Shown: positions 40,327 to 51,938 of the stretch, piece after piece
Layout: the number at the start of each line of letters is the position of its first letter
Numbering within the stretch: position 1 is the stretch's first letter
NCBI GenBank assembly: GCA_051294375.1
Contig: CM119267.1
Span: 13,693,326 to 13,757,325, forward strand
DNA: 64,000 bases
Direction: 5' to 3'
From: Paraspadella gotoi
Lineage: Eukaryota > Animalia > Chaetognatha
The notes under the pieces: model-generated
Told to the model about the DNA's origin: nothing
Databases searched by the model: none
Seen by the model: the letters and a program-made list of their open reading frames with translations, nothing else
Made by a program: the position numbers and the translations under genes

Positions 40327-40940
40327 GCGGTAGCCGACCAAATTCAAATTTTAATGGGAACAGCATTAAACTAATCCATTATTGGTATTAATTATTGTGT
40401 TAAAATATTTTTTTACAAAAATGTTCCGAACCATGAGTAATTTGCTAATTAATATTATTATATTGCTATATAATGTCAAAAAATTTTTTTGGATATTTTA
40501 AGTTTTTTTAATTGATTCTGATAGAGCTTAAAAAGTTAAACAAAAAATATAATTACAACTTTTTAAAATTTTGATGTTTTATTACTAAAAATTAGTAAAA
40601 ACTGCTAAAATCATTGGATGATGATGATGATGATGATTTTTTAAGGTTTTTCTCAATTTAAAACCCACTTATCATCAAAATATTGAAAAAAGAATTATAC
40701 TTTGTGTAGATAACTTTTCATAAGCTATTTGAATCTGCTTTTAAAAAAAAAAATTCAAAAAAAAATTTTTGACATTTCCTATCTATAAATAAATATTAAA
40801 AAAATTAATTACTAATGCTTCTTGCCATTTTAGAAAATTTTGCTCCATTGAAAGTTTTCTCAGAAATGTATGAAGTTTCATTTGGAAAGGTTCCCAAATC
40901 AAACTTCTGACCCACCCCATTGACGAAGTTTGGCTCTAGA
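40327..40940. repeat. Abundant dispersed AT-rich repeat family
   Basis: Reverse complement of 8057-8618; partial copies at 23380-23600, 31800-32200 and 44750-44970. Confidence 0.8.
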
Positions 40941-42997
40941 TAATAAATAACCATAGCAGGTTTTCAAAACAAACAAAAAACTCGCTCATTTTCTAGCTCA
41001 TTTCATGACTTCCCTATCGATGAAATGGTAAATTTTTTTTTCAGAATTGCCATACTGTGTTTACTTTATTTTTTTTAATGCAGAATTTTGAATTCTGGAC
41101 GACTTCGTTCTGACCGTAGATCTGTCATTATCACGTATCTTCGATAAGAGTCTATCCGGCTATAGAATAGCCATAGCATAGGGTTATCTCATAAAAAATA
41201 AATAAATAAAAAATTGAGAATTATAAGAACCCCCTCCTCGACTCTTCAACATATGAATTGAATAATAATTTATATGTATATTCTTTATAATATTTAAAGA
41301 ATTTTTTTTAAAAAATCTAAGAAGTTTGGTTCAAATTGATTTAATTTTAAGTTCTAAGCTGCGTTTATGCTGTTGACGAACAACTTCAATATTACGGAGG
41401 GGGTAAACGGGTATTAAATTTACCTAATTTGATTTTTTTATTTTAATCTTGGCAGGCTTGTTTTATTTAACCTATTTATAAAGTTTGATAATAATTTCAA
41501 AAAACAAAAAATTTAATTCAAAATCAATAATTTTAATTATGGATAATTGTTTTTAACGTCTATTTAAAAGATCAAAATATGATCCGATTTTGATGGGGTT
41601 TTTTTAAACAGAGCAGATGAAAATTGACCCATCTCGGAAGTTTGGTTCAAATTCATTAATTTTAAATGCTTGGTTGTGTACGTTGTTGACGAGCAACTTT
41701 AACATCATATAGGGGGTGCTAAAAGTTATCAATTTTTTTTTTACAAATTCTTGTTAATCCTGATTAAATAAACCTTCTTACCATGTTTTATAAATTTTTA
41801 AAAAATAATTCTAGAGATATCCTGATTTTTATATTTTTAAAGGACGAACCACTTCAACTTCCTTTAAAAAAGTGAAGATATGCTCTAATTTCAATTTTTT
41901 TTTTAAATTCTTTAAATATTATAGGGAATATACATATATATTTTTATTCAATTTTATTGATAAATAAAAAAATGGCTGTACTTTATATGTTGACGAGCTA
42001 TTTCAACATCCTCAAATTACGAGGAGACCACCTCGAATTTTTGGTCTCCTCGACTGAAAAGTTGCATTATATTATTAAAAAGCTGTGTACCAAATTTGGT
42101 GCTGGTATCACAAAAATAACTGTCAATTCCTTAAAAGACTTCAGTAGAGAGGGAGAAGACGTCGGGAGAGGAATCGTGCTCAAGACCGGGACCGCGGGCG
42201 CCGTAAAGTTTATTAGTTTCTTATCCACTATGAGTCTTGATATTTAATTGGTATCTTAATAAAATAAAGCATATAGATATAAAATACAATCAATACAAAT
42301 AATGTAATAATAAATAAACAAGTAAATAATAAAATCCACGAAATGTACACAGAATGATACAAGAAAGTCCACGGCAGCGTCCACGAATAAATTTATTTTG
42401 GAGAAGTCCTGTTTCAACGCAGAATCCTGAATGATCGCGAAAGAGAGAAGGAGACAAACGTTGACGAGAATTACACTCCAACAGATATGTTATAAAAGAG
42501 CTTCTGAGTTGTAGATGGTAGTCGGGACTTTACAGAATTAATAGGGTGAGGACTGAGGAGAGTTGGCGGAACAAGTTGTAGATGGGCATTGCCTAAGTTC
42601 ACCCCGCCTATAAACATGACACGTTCTGTTGTGACCCGGTGGCTCATTTCGTAAAGCCATCATCTCATGACTACTAGGTACCGGGTTCCTTCCCAACCCG
42701 GTACCTACCCTGCGGGAAGCGTCAGGACGGATGTAAACCGCCTAGGGGGCGTGGAAAACCCTCAAGCCTGGTTCCAAGCCCAGGACCCATTCCGAGTTAT
42801 CTCTCATTAAACAAAGAATAATATATTTATAAATAATATATTTATCGAGATTTTTTAACATTTCCCTTTCGTAATAAGATTTTACAAGGCGACAGAAAAA
42901 AAAAGAAGATAAATAACCAAGTTAAGAGGATTCCTTGCTTTAGAATAATTCACACTAAATCTTCGTCATTGAATCGTGTAAAAACAAAACATTTAAA

Positions 42998-43055
42998 ATG
43001 GCAAAGTACGAATTGTTTTTTTTTCTCTTTTTGTTCCAGTCTCATTTTAAATTAG
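42998..43055 (+). CDS. Secreted Cys/Pro/Tyr-repeat protein exon 1 (signal peptide)
   Basis: AAAATG start; MAKYELFFFLFLFQSHFKLG; donor G|GTAATT. Confidence 0.75.
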
Positions 43056-43116
43056 GTAATTTTAAATAATAATTATTGTTTTTTAAATTAATTTAATTTC
43101 ATATTAATTTTTGTAG

Positions 43117-43187
43117 GTTTTCAATTATGTTTAACTGACTTACAACAAGTATTATTCAAGGAATATCGGAAAAACCAAACCAGATTA
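43117..43187 (+). CDS. Secreted repeat protein exon 2
   Basis: TAG|GT TTT CAA.. FQLCLTDLQQVLFKEYRKNQTRL|GTAAGT. The only open frame is the one dictated by exon 1. Confidence 0.75.
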
Positions 43188-46100
43188 GTAAGTTATAAAA
43201 GTTTGATTTGAAAAAGCTTGAAAAAATTTCTTAGCCCTTATCGTTCGATTACGCTCTAATAAACGCTACGTGAAAGAATCATGGTTTCTCTATGAAATTG
43301 GTACAACCAATATAAAAATTATCCATTCATTTAATAAATAAGCTATCTTGCCCCTGACTTTGGACAGGCTTTGGTGGTTTAAGGCCTCCATCACTCTTAC
43401 AAGATAATGACATAACAGGTCCCTGCAAGCTTTCAATCAAGACTCTTTCACAGTCTCGTTTATTCACTCCCAGAGTACCTGGCTTCCCTATGTTATAAAG
43501 TTGATGAAACCTTCAGGTTCCCCATTTTCAATAAATAACTTAAAATACAGTAGCATCAGTCAAGAATTTTTCAGACGGCAAGCTAACCACTCGGCAAATG
43601 AATTACAGTATAATTTTTCTCAATTGTGACATTTTTTTGGGCGATATCTCCGAATCACTTCACCCTAGATACTTAAATTATAGCTCATTTTGTAGCCCAC
43701 CATCTGGCATTTTTAAATCGATTACTTTTTACATAATTCTAATAAGTCTTTAGTATTAACTTTTTTGCCCTCATGAATTCATCATATTTGTCAATCAACT
43801 TTTTTTACTTTTAATGTTTCTTGTAATCATAACATATCATAACTTAGTTATATGTTAAAGGTATAGTATATAAAATGTAGCATTTTGCCTGCTCTTTAAT
43901 GTGGTATAGATTTCATATTCGTTTAATGCTTAGGTGCTTAGTAACTTTTCAAAATAATAAGGAGATGATTTTTTAATAAAACATTAGCTGATTTTATAAA
44001 AAAAACTTTAATTTAAAAAATTCATAGTTAATCTAAAAATAAAGAATTTTATTAAATGAGTAATATAAAATATTCTATTTTTTATTCTTTAAAACTTGGT
44101 ACTGGTTTTTTTCTAGGTTGGCAAAAACCTGGGTTTTTTTAGGTTTGGGTTTTATTGGTTTTTTTTTGTTTTTTTTTTAAATTATAGATGGCAGACTCAT
44201 ATTAATTCTTTTTAAAATATTAAAATATTTAAAATATTTATATTCTTTAAGTGATTACTGATAAAAATATATAAAAATATACTGATTATATTTAATAATA
44301 GTATTAATTAATTAATATTTTTTATGGTAAACAGAAATGTAATAAATATAAATATTATATTTTCTGAATAAAACCTGTTATGAAAAAAGTGTATAAACTT
44401 AATTTTATTAGAAAATAGTAATTAAATACTCAAAATAATTTGATATAAATATGCATCATAAGCATTTATATAAATAACTAATACATTAAAAATTGAAGTA
44501 CAGTTTTATTACATGTTTTTGCCGAACTAACTTGTCTTTTGGGCTAAAAATAAATTTTGATGTTCGGATAAAATATTTGAGTTAATTTAATAAAATATTA
44601 AGGTGTTTAATTAAGCTAAGATTTTTTTCTGACGTCAATATATTATTTTCCTGCTTTCTCGTTACTTTACTCCTGGTTAGGATACCTTTTCAGAGAATTC
44701 TTTAATGTGTGACAAATATTCAAATATATAATTAATAGATAATAAGTAATAGATTTGTATAGACAACTTTTTATAACCTATCTGAATCTGGTCTTAAAAT
44801 TTAAAAATTATTAAAAAAAATTTTAGCCTTTCCTATCTATAAATAAATATTTAAAAAATAATTACTAGGGTATAGAGCCATATTAGAATTTTTTTTCCCA
44901 TTGAAAGTATTCTTAAAAATGTATAAATATTCGTTTGACCATGTCTCACTCCATTGAGTTGGGCTACCCCTAGGAATATATAGGGTTTCGCATACAATCG
45001 GTGTCTTTTAGACAACGAATCTGAACTTCAATAATTACCATATTTCTTGATCTCATTGGTTAGTACGAAGCTTTCTTCATTTAAAAAAAACGGTAGTCTC
45101 AAGTTATCTCCTTCTTATCACTTAGAACTTCCCATGTAAATTTCTATGAGTTAAAAATACGGTAAGACATGATTTCTTCAATGCTTGTCAATCTAATCTC
45201 ATTAACTGCTTAATTTTAGAAAAAAGTATGCTTGAATTTTTATGGTACAGATGATTTTTAAAGATCGAATTCCTTATAAGAATCCTCATGTCTTTTACTG
45301 ACACAAAAGATTTTAGGTAAGACGCCACAATATCTGATACATTTTTTTTCTTTCATACGCTTTTCCTGATAATTTTTCTTCACCTCTTTTCTTCTCTTAC
45401 TTTATATTTTCCTCTTCCTCTTTCCTCCCTTACTTCTCACGCTGTCACTTACCATTTTTTTGCCCTACCTTTTTCGGTCACTCATGCACTTTCCTCTACC
45501 TTTTTTTCTCATTTTCATTCTTTCCTTTTTTTCCCCTCTTTTTCTTTCCATTTTCCCCTCTTTTCTTACCTTACAATTGTTTCACTATTTTTTCCCCATT
45601 TGCCTTCGTTTTTTTGCCTTTCACCCTCTCTTTCATTCTCTCCCCTTCTCTTTTATAGTTTTCCCTTTCGTCTTCACTCTCACTACATTTACATTGAGCC
45701 AAATCAAAGAAATTCTTTAATAAGCATTATAAGAAAGAAAATGAATGGTAGCGCATGATTTTTCTTTCAATTTTGGTTGCCTAGCAAATTTAGTAAATGG
45801 ACAGATTTTGCGGAAAATTTTTCCGCAAAATCTGTCGATTTGAGAAAAAACAAGTCCTTGATGCTTTCCAGTGGATTAAAAGGATGCGGTTTTTTTTGAT
45901 TAATCAAGGGCAGTATGTACCTCATCTTTTTAAAACTAATAAATGAGTTGAAAATATTCTCTTTATCAAAAATAAATGCAAGTCACAAAAAGTCACAAAT
46001 TAAAAGACGTCTTTAAAAATTATTTGTGGCTAAACCAGAAAAGTTTTTTTGATAATTTTATAGGTGTTAAAAGCTTATTCAATAGGCTACATTTTCTGTT

Positions 46101-46998
46101 AATTTCAACCAATTTGATTTATTTTTGTTTAACAAATTATGATAAAGACTGAAACTCCAACTTTTTGACTTGTTAACTTTAAAATTAATTTATAGGCAAA
46201 CTATAAATGATTTAAGCTAATAAATTTACCCAGAGGTAAAGAAGATAAGAAAGAACGGATTTCCAAAGTAAAAAATTTTTCTCAACTTTCCTTGGCATTC
46301 AAATCAGAAGTCGTAAGTAAAAATGGACAAAAATGGACATAATTTTTTTGGCTAAAAATTGCCAAAATGGTACTATTTTATCATTAGAAATTGGTGGAGA
46401 TGTTTTTAACCAATCCTTCGTTCGGCCTAATTTGTGTTGTGGTACAAAGTTAATCAACATTGTAAGTAACAACTGAACAATAGTGGAAAGAGTCGTTTTT
46501 TTCCTAAATGCAACGTTTGTACGCGGAACCATAGCAATCATGTTTGTAATTTTAAGTTTGTAAACTTTCCCGTTCATTTCTATAGAAAAAATGAGGTTTG
46601 AAAATTCTCTGAAGATGAGGAGTGCAATTCCCCTGACTTGTTTGATATCAAATTGTTTATCAAATGCGATAAAACGAATAGGACAAGATCTTCAGATGAA
46701 ACACTATCGGAATCCTTTCTTTTTACAACTTTTTTCTACCCGAATTTCTGGCAATCACGTTTGCAATTTGGGTAGTCAGATTTGAACGGAACACTGTTAT
46801 AAAAATGTTGAATTTTTTTAAAATCGAGATTCTCGTCTACTTACAGCTCCAAAACGATGCGAAATCTGCACTGAATTTGTCTACCATTAATGATATACTC
46901 ACCATCACCGCTGACCTAACAACTAAACAGGTTATTCAAAAGAATAGTTTATCCAATGTAATTCTCGATCCTAACCAAAATATTTAATTTTCTTACAG

Positions 46999-47069
46999 AA
47001 ATGGAAGATAACCTCGGAGTTGGTTAAGTATTCTACAGAATGCAGGAATATTTTAACAAAATCAAAGAG
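46999..47069 (+). CDS. Secreted repeat protein exon 3
   Basis: TTACAG|KWKITSELVKYSTECRNILTKSK-AG|GTAACT; phase 0 in, phase 2 out. Confidence 0.75.
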
Positions 47070-47106
47070 GTAACTTATTTATGAAATTGGAACAATTTAG
47101 TAGAAT

Positions 47107-47344
47107 GTGAAGAGACAGTAATTATTGATAAGTGTTAATGACAGAACCATTCAATATAAGCAGTCCCTGAGCTTCGGATCAGGCTGTAACACCGTGTTAC
47201 AGGCGGGTTAAGCGCCCCGTCCCTCTTAACTGCCAGACGACCACCGGGCTTGAACCCCGGACCTTTGGGTTGGGAGGTGAATGTCTTGCCTCCGGCACCA
47301 ATGGCCGCTGATGAACGGTTGGTGGATTTTAGTCCACCATAAAT
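47107..47344 (-). mobile_element. tRNA-derived SINE-like element in intron 3 of the secreted-protein gene
   Basis: Reverse complement of 9965-10200; B-box GGTTCAAGCC. Confidence 0.7.
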
Positions 47345-47539
47345 GTCCAATAACTGCATTAAGTGATAATAACATTACAGAAAATTGCTACTAAAAACTT
47401 GATAATAGCAATAATAATAAAATGATAAATGTTCTAAACCAATCCTTAGCGGGTTTGATTTTATTAAAAAAGGCATAATTGTTTGTCTTGTCTCAATAGC
47501 CCTCTCTAAATTATTCATTGAATTTTTTTTTAAATGTAG

Positions 47540-48833
47540 GATAAAACGAGGAAGACCACGACCGTTGGGAACAAACAGTCGTTTGTTACAGGCATTTGGT
47601 GGAAGTCTTTTCAGTGCCTTCAGGCCAACAACTCGTGCCCCTACACCTGCGAACCATGCCTTCGCATTTGGCACAGGACTTGGGCTTGCTTTTTTACCGA
47701 ATACTAACGGTGGAGCTCCCGTAGCAATCGTTAGACCGACTGTTAATCCAACAGTCGGAGTAGTTGATCCTCTTTTCCCTTTGCTTGTTGGTGGATTAAA
47801 CGAAATTCGAAACTTAGTTTTCGGACCATTGCCGCAAGGATGGCAGCCACCCATCCTTCCGTTGAGACAAACTACGATTAAAACAACTACAACCACACCA
47901 ATTACAATATCAATACAAACTACAACAACTAGTAGCCTAAATATACCCAGACCGACAGATCCACCTCCACCAACAGATCCCTGTAACCCGTACCATCCTA
48001 ACTATCCATGGGAGTGTAATCAAGAAAGTAATGGAATAACAGGTGCTTCTTCTGGTTACAAACCATATAACTCACCGGTGGATGCTCCTGTTCCGGATTC
48101 CCTTCCACCAGGCGATCCTTGTAACCCTTACCATCCTAACTATCCTTGGGACTGTAATAATAATGGAGCATCTAATATGCCGAATCCAATGACCGTTTTA
48201 ATCTCCAACGATAAAAGCTTAACTTCAGATCCTTGTGATCCTCAAAAGATTGAATGTAATGAAATTTCTGAAACTATAAACTCTAATCATGGAAAAAATA
48301 ATACAAGCCTTGAAGAAAATATAAACCCATGTAATCCTAATGATCCAAACTGTAAAGAAAATCAAAACCCAACTGTTCCCTACTATTCTGGATATTACCC
48401 AAGTTATTACAATTATCCAACTTTTCCAAGTAATAATAACGTAGCATCAAATATACCAAACCCAATGAACGTTTTATCTCTAAATGATGAAAGCTTAATT
48501 TCAGATCCTTGTGATCCTCAAAAGACAGCATGTAATGAAATTTCGGAAACTATAAACCCTAATGATGAAAAAAAAAATATAACTCAAGAAATTTTCAAAC
48601 CATGCAATCCTAATGATCCAAACTGTAGCGCAACTAAAAACCCTGCCCCTCCATACTACTCTGGATATTATCCTAGTTATTACAACAATCCAACATATCC
48701 AAGCAATGAAAATGATACAATAAATTTCGCAAGTTCTGTGAATTACCCCTGTAATCCATATTATCCATGGATTTGCAATAACCAATGGTCGGGTTATAAT
48801 AGCAACGTTCAAAGAAAACTTTCTTTATCATAG
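47540..48833 (+). CDS. Secreted repeat protein terminal exon: furin-type site RIKR, hydrophobic segment, Thr-rich stalk, PC(N/D)P..C repeats
   Basis: TGTAG|G ATA AAA CGA is in frame with the 422-aa ORF. The spliced CDS is 1494 nt (497 aa). Confidence 0.88.
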
Positions 48834-49254
48834 TCTTAGTAAACTTAATACTATTTGAAAACATTCGAGATAACTAACATATGTAAATTTCTAACTTTAC
48901 TAACTTACAAGAATTTAGATTAAAAACAAAAAAACAGTTATTTACAGTTTATGAATTTCACATACATTACAGAATACAGATACCTATAAATTAATGCTAG
49001 CAAAATTTTCAATATCAAATGGCATGGCCCACAAATCTTTATAACAAACATATGTATGTTGTGGTTGTCAGGTTGTATTGTTTCATTTCTAACTAATTGT
49101 AAATCGCATTATTTCCTTACCATTTTTATTTAATAGAAATCCAGATTTCCTGTTGAAACAACGGTACTGTCGACTGAATACAGTTCTTTTTTGTTTTACT
49201 ATAGTTTAACCTCACTATTTTAAGATATTCCCACGGAAAAAGCTTTAAGTTTAA

Positions 49255-49442
49255 TTATCGAGCCTGCCGGCGAAGCCGGTCAGGGCTCAATTTTGTTTCG
49301 GTTGAGCTTCTTTGTGACGGTGTCGTCGGCGTTGTCGTCGGCGTCACGCTTTTTATCGAGCCTGCCGGCGAAGCCGGTCAGGGCTCAATTTTGTTGCGGG
49401 TGACCTTCTTTGTGACGTCGTCGTCGGCGTCACGCTTTTTTA
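49255..49442 (+). mobile_element. Two tandem 5' ends of HINE-like family 2
   Basis: ATCGAGCCTGCCGGCGAAGCCGGTCAGGGCTC occurs at 49257 and 49354. The complementary 3' end AGGCTCGAT-CCTATTCTTTTAAGA-Tn is at 52488-52518. Confidence 0.6.
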
Positions 49443-49486
49443 TATAAAAACTACTACGCTTTTATAGTTTTGGCTGGGACTTACCG

Positions 49487-50985
49487 TTTTTATCGTCGCA
49501 ATCGCTTAGCGTTTGCGACGATATTGTAACGCTTTTACTCATAAGTGGCGTCGTCGTCGTTGTTGTCGGCGTTCCAAATTATAGATCGCCTTTTTATCAT
49601 CGCAATCGCTTAGCGTTTGTGACGATATTGTAACGCTTTTGCGCCTAAGTGGCGTCGTCATCGTTGTTGTCGTCGGCATTCCAAATTATAGATCGCCTTT
49701 TTATCGTCGCAATCGCTTTGCGTTTGCGATGATATTGCTGTGGTTTTGCACATAAGTGGCGTCGTCGTCGTTGTCGTCATCGGCGTTCCAAATTATAGAT
49801 CACCATTTTTATGATTAAATTTGGGTGTATGAAGCTGCAAATTTATATACAGCTTCTCATCATCGATGTGTTTAAAATTGAGTCTGGACAGTTATTAAAT
49901 ATGTTTTGTTTACATTTTATCAAAACAAACAAATTTTCTCTCTTTTATTTTTATATTTCTTTCTCTCTCTCTATTCTCTTTTAATTAAATGTCTCTCTCC
50001 CTCTCTCTTTTCCCTAGTCACTGATTCATAGACAAAGGAAAATAAAACGAGTCTGCAGCTGGCTCTGCAGGGGCTTATTCTTTTTCTCTCTTTTCTCCTG
50101 CTGCTTCTGCCTTTTGATTTCTTTCTTATTTTCTGGGTGCCTCTGCTGCTGCCGCTGCTGATTCGTCCGAAAACGATTTGGCTTCTCTCTCTCTCACTCT
50201 GCGTTTTTATTAAAAAAAAAAATTGAATTAGGATTGAACTTGTAAAATTAGGCTTCGCATTTGTGCATGTTATCATTTTCCTATCGCAACATCGGGTTTT
50301 TATTTCGTTCTTTTTTCTCGTCACTCTCAATTTTTTTTTTTTCCCCTTTTTATTCTTTCTTTCCTTTTTATTCTTTCTTTCCTTTTTATTCTTTCTTTCC
50401 TTTTTATTTTTTTTTCCTTTTTATTCCTTCTTTTCTTTCTATTCTTTCTTTCCTTTCTATTCTTTCTCTCCTTTCTATTCTTTCTTTCCTTTCTATTCTT
50501 TCTTTGCTTTCTATTTTTTTTCCTTTCTTTTTTTTCTTTCTATTCTTTCTTTCCTTCCTATATTTTCTTTCCTTTTTATTTTTTTCTTTTCTATTTTTTC
50601 TTTTCTTTCTTTTCTTCCTATTTTTTCTTTCCTTTCTATTCTTTTTTTTTTCTTTCTTTCCTTTCTATTCTTTCTTTCCTTTCTATTCTTTCTTTCCTTT
50701 CTATTCTTTCTTTTCTTTCTATTGTTTCTTTCCTCTCTATTTTTTCTTTCTTTTCTATTCTTTCTTTCTTTTCTTTTCTTTCCTTTTTTTTCTTTCTCTT
50801 CTTTCTTTCCTTTCTTTTCTTTCTTTCCTTTCTATTCTTTCTTTATATTTATTCTTTTCTTCTTTTTCTTTCTGTTAATAAATTATTTTTTTTTTCAAAT
50901 TTTTTTTTTTAGTAAAAAAATTTGTCATCAATCCAGATTTTTCTTATCCGATTGCGACGATTCTTATGCTTTTAAGATTTTTTTT
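49487..50985 (+). mobile_element. Helentron-associated (HINE/DINE-like) element family 1, full length
   Basis: T-run then 5' subTIR+IR ATCGTCGCAATCGC-TTA-GCGTTTGCGACGAT; 3' subTIR CGATTGCGACGAT, then TCTTA..TAAGA stem-loop and T-run; central pyrimidine-rich 18-bp repeats. Other copies: 1-463, 5380-5900, 19526-21978, 23601-, 30727-31243. Confidence 0.75.
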
Positions 50986-51166
50986 AAAATAAAAATTATT
51001 ATGAATTACGTTGAAGTTTTATAAAAGTGTGCGATCATAGTAAGTTAAAAATTTAGATATGGCTTCTCATCTTTATATTACATTTGGATTTAAGTATTTT
51101 TTGTTTGGAATTCTACTTAATTATGATTTACTACAATATGCAAATGAGATTATAGTACTTATTATA

Positions 51167-51938
51167 TTTGTGATAATCTTTTCGACGGCTGCAAGAGGAG
51201 GGAGAGGAGTCTGTATCTCCCGTTTCAAAACAGGCCAGAACAGACAACTGCCTACCTCACCGTCAGGTGAGAAGAGGGCTCTCGGCAGTCCTATCAGGCC
51301 AGAGAGATATACGAGTGGCACTTGGCATTTTTCCAGCCGGATCTTTGCCAGACCCGAACCAATCCCACTCCACCACAATATCCTCTCAGCCCATTACAGG
51401 CCAATGAACCGAGCACATCGGTAATGTCCCTCATTTGCCCGGCCAGGGGGGGGCCAGCTCATTTTGAGCTCTTTCTCATCTAATTTTTCTCTAAAAACTT
51501 ACCTTAGCTATCCCTCACAACTTATTCCTCCATTTCATATTTCATTCTTACTATTAAACCAAATTCTAACAAACGTTTATTTATTACTAACTTATGTTAC
51601 TTTAGTTTTTTCACTTCTATTCACTGTTGTACATTGTTGTGTATTGATCTCTCTTTCTTTTTCACCAATCTCAAATTCACTCACTCTCCTTCCCTTCCCT
51701 CACTTTCTCCTGTCCTAACATCTGACCACTGTCCTTTACTCAATTTCTTTGTTGGAAACTCTCTCTCTCTCTCTCTCTCAATATCTCCCTCCTTCTCTCT
51801 CTCCCTAAACCAATATAAAAAAGTTTGTGAAAGTATCTTTTTCAATGCTGATGAAGACTCGAAAACTAGAGTCAAAACTTGTCCATTACATAAAAAATAA
51901 ATGTTGTTAAAGCGCGAAAAATTTCGTTTTTCCTTTAA
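51167..51938 (+). mobile_element. 5'-truncated Penelope-like element
   Basis: 13-bp TSD AGTACTTATTATA (51154-51166, 51939-51951). Contains an ORF C-terminus, a CT-rich 3' UTR and a hammerhead motif; homologous to 60360-61242 and 62835-63536. Confidence 0.8.
51844..51887 (+). ncRNA. Degenerate hammerhead ribozyme (G12A)
   Basis: AATG-CTGATGA-aGACTC gaaaacta GAGTC-AAAACTTGTC-CATT; the catalytic GAAA is changed to AAAA. Confidence 0.65.

Noticed and set aside
38733-42535. Inverted homology between 38733-39090 and 42145-42535 suggesting a 3.8-kb element
   Set aside because: The arms are diverged, further copies exist (38010-38130, 55100-55190) and no TSD was seen; likely independent insertions.
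43040-43055. Possible 16-nt micro-exon (CAG|...|GT)
   Set aside because: Splicing it after ATGGCAAA gives an immediate stop; the pyrimidine run is better read as the Phe/Leu core of the signal peptide in exon 1.
47305-47350. CTGATGA followed by a hairpin on the SINE antisense strand
   Set aside because: No GAAA or stem III; flanks are not conserved between copies.
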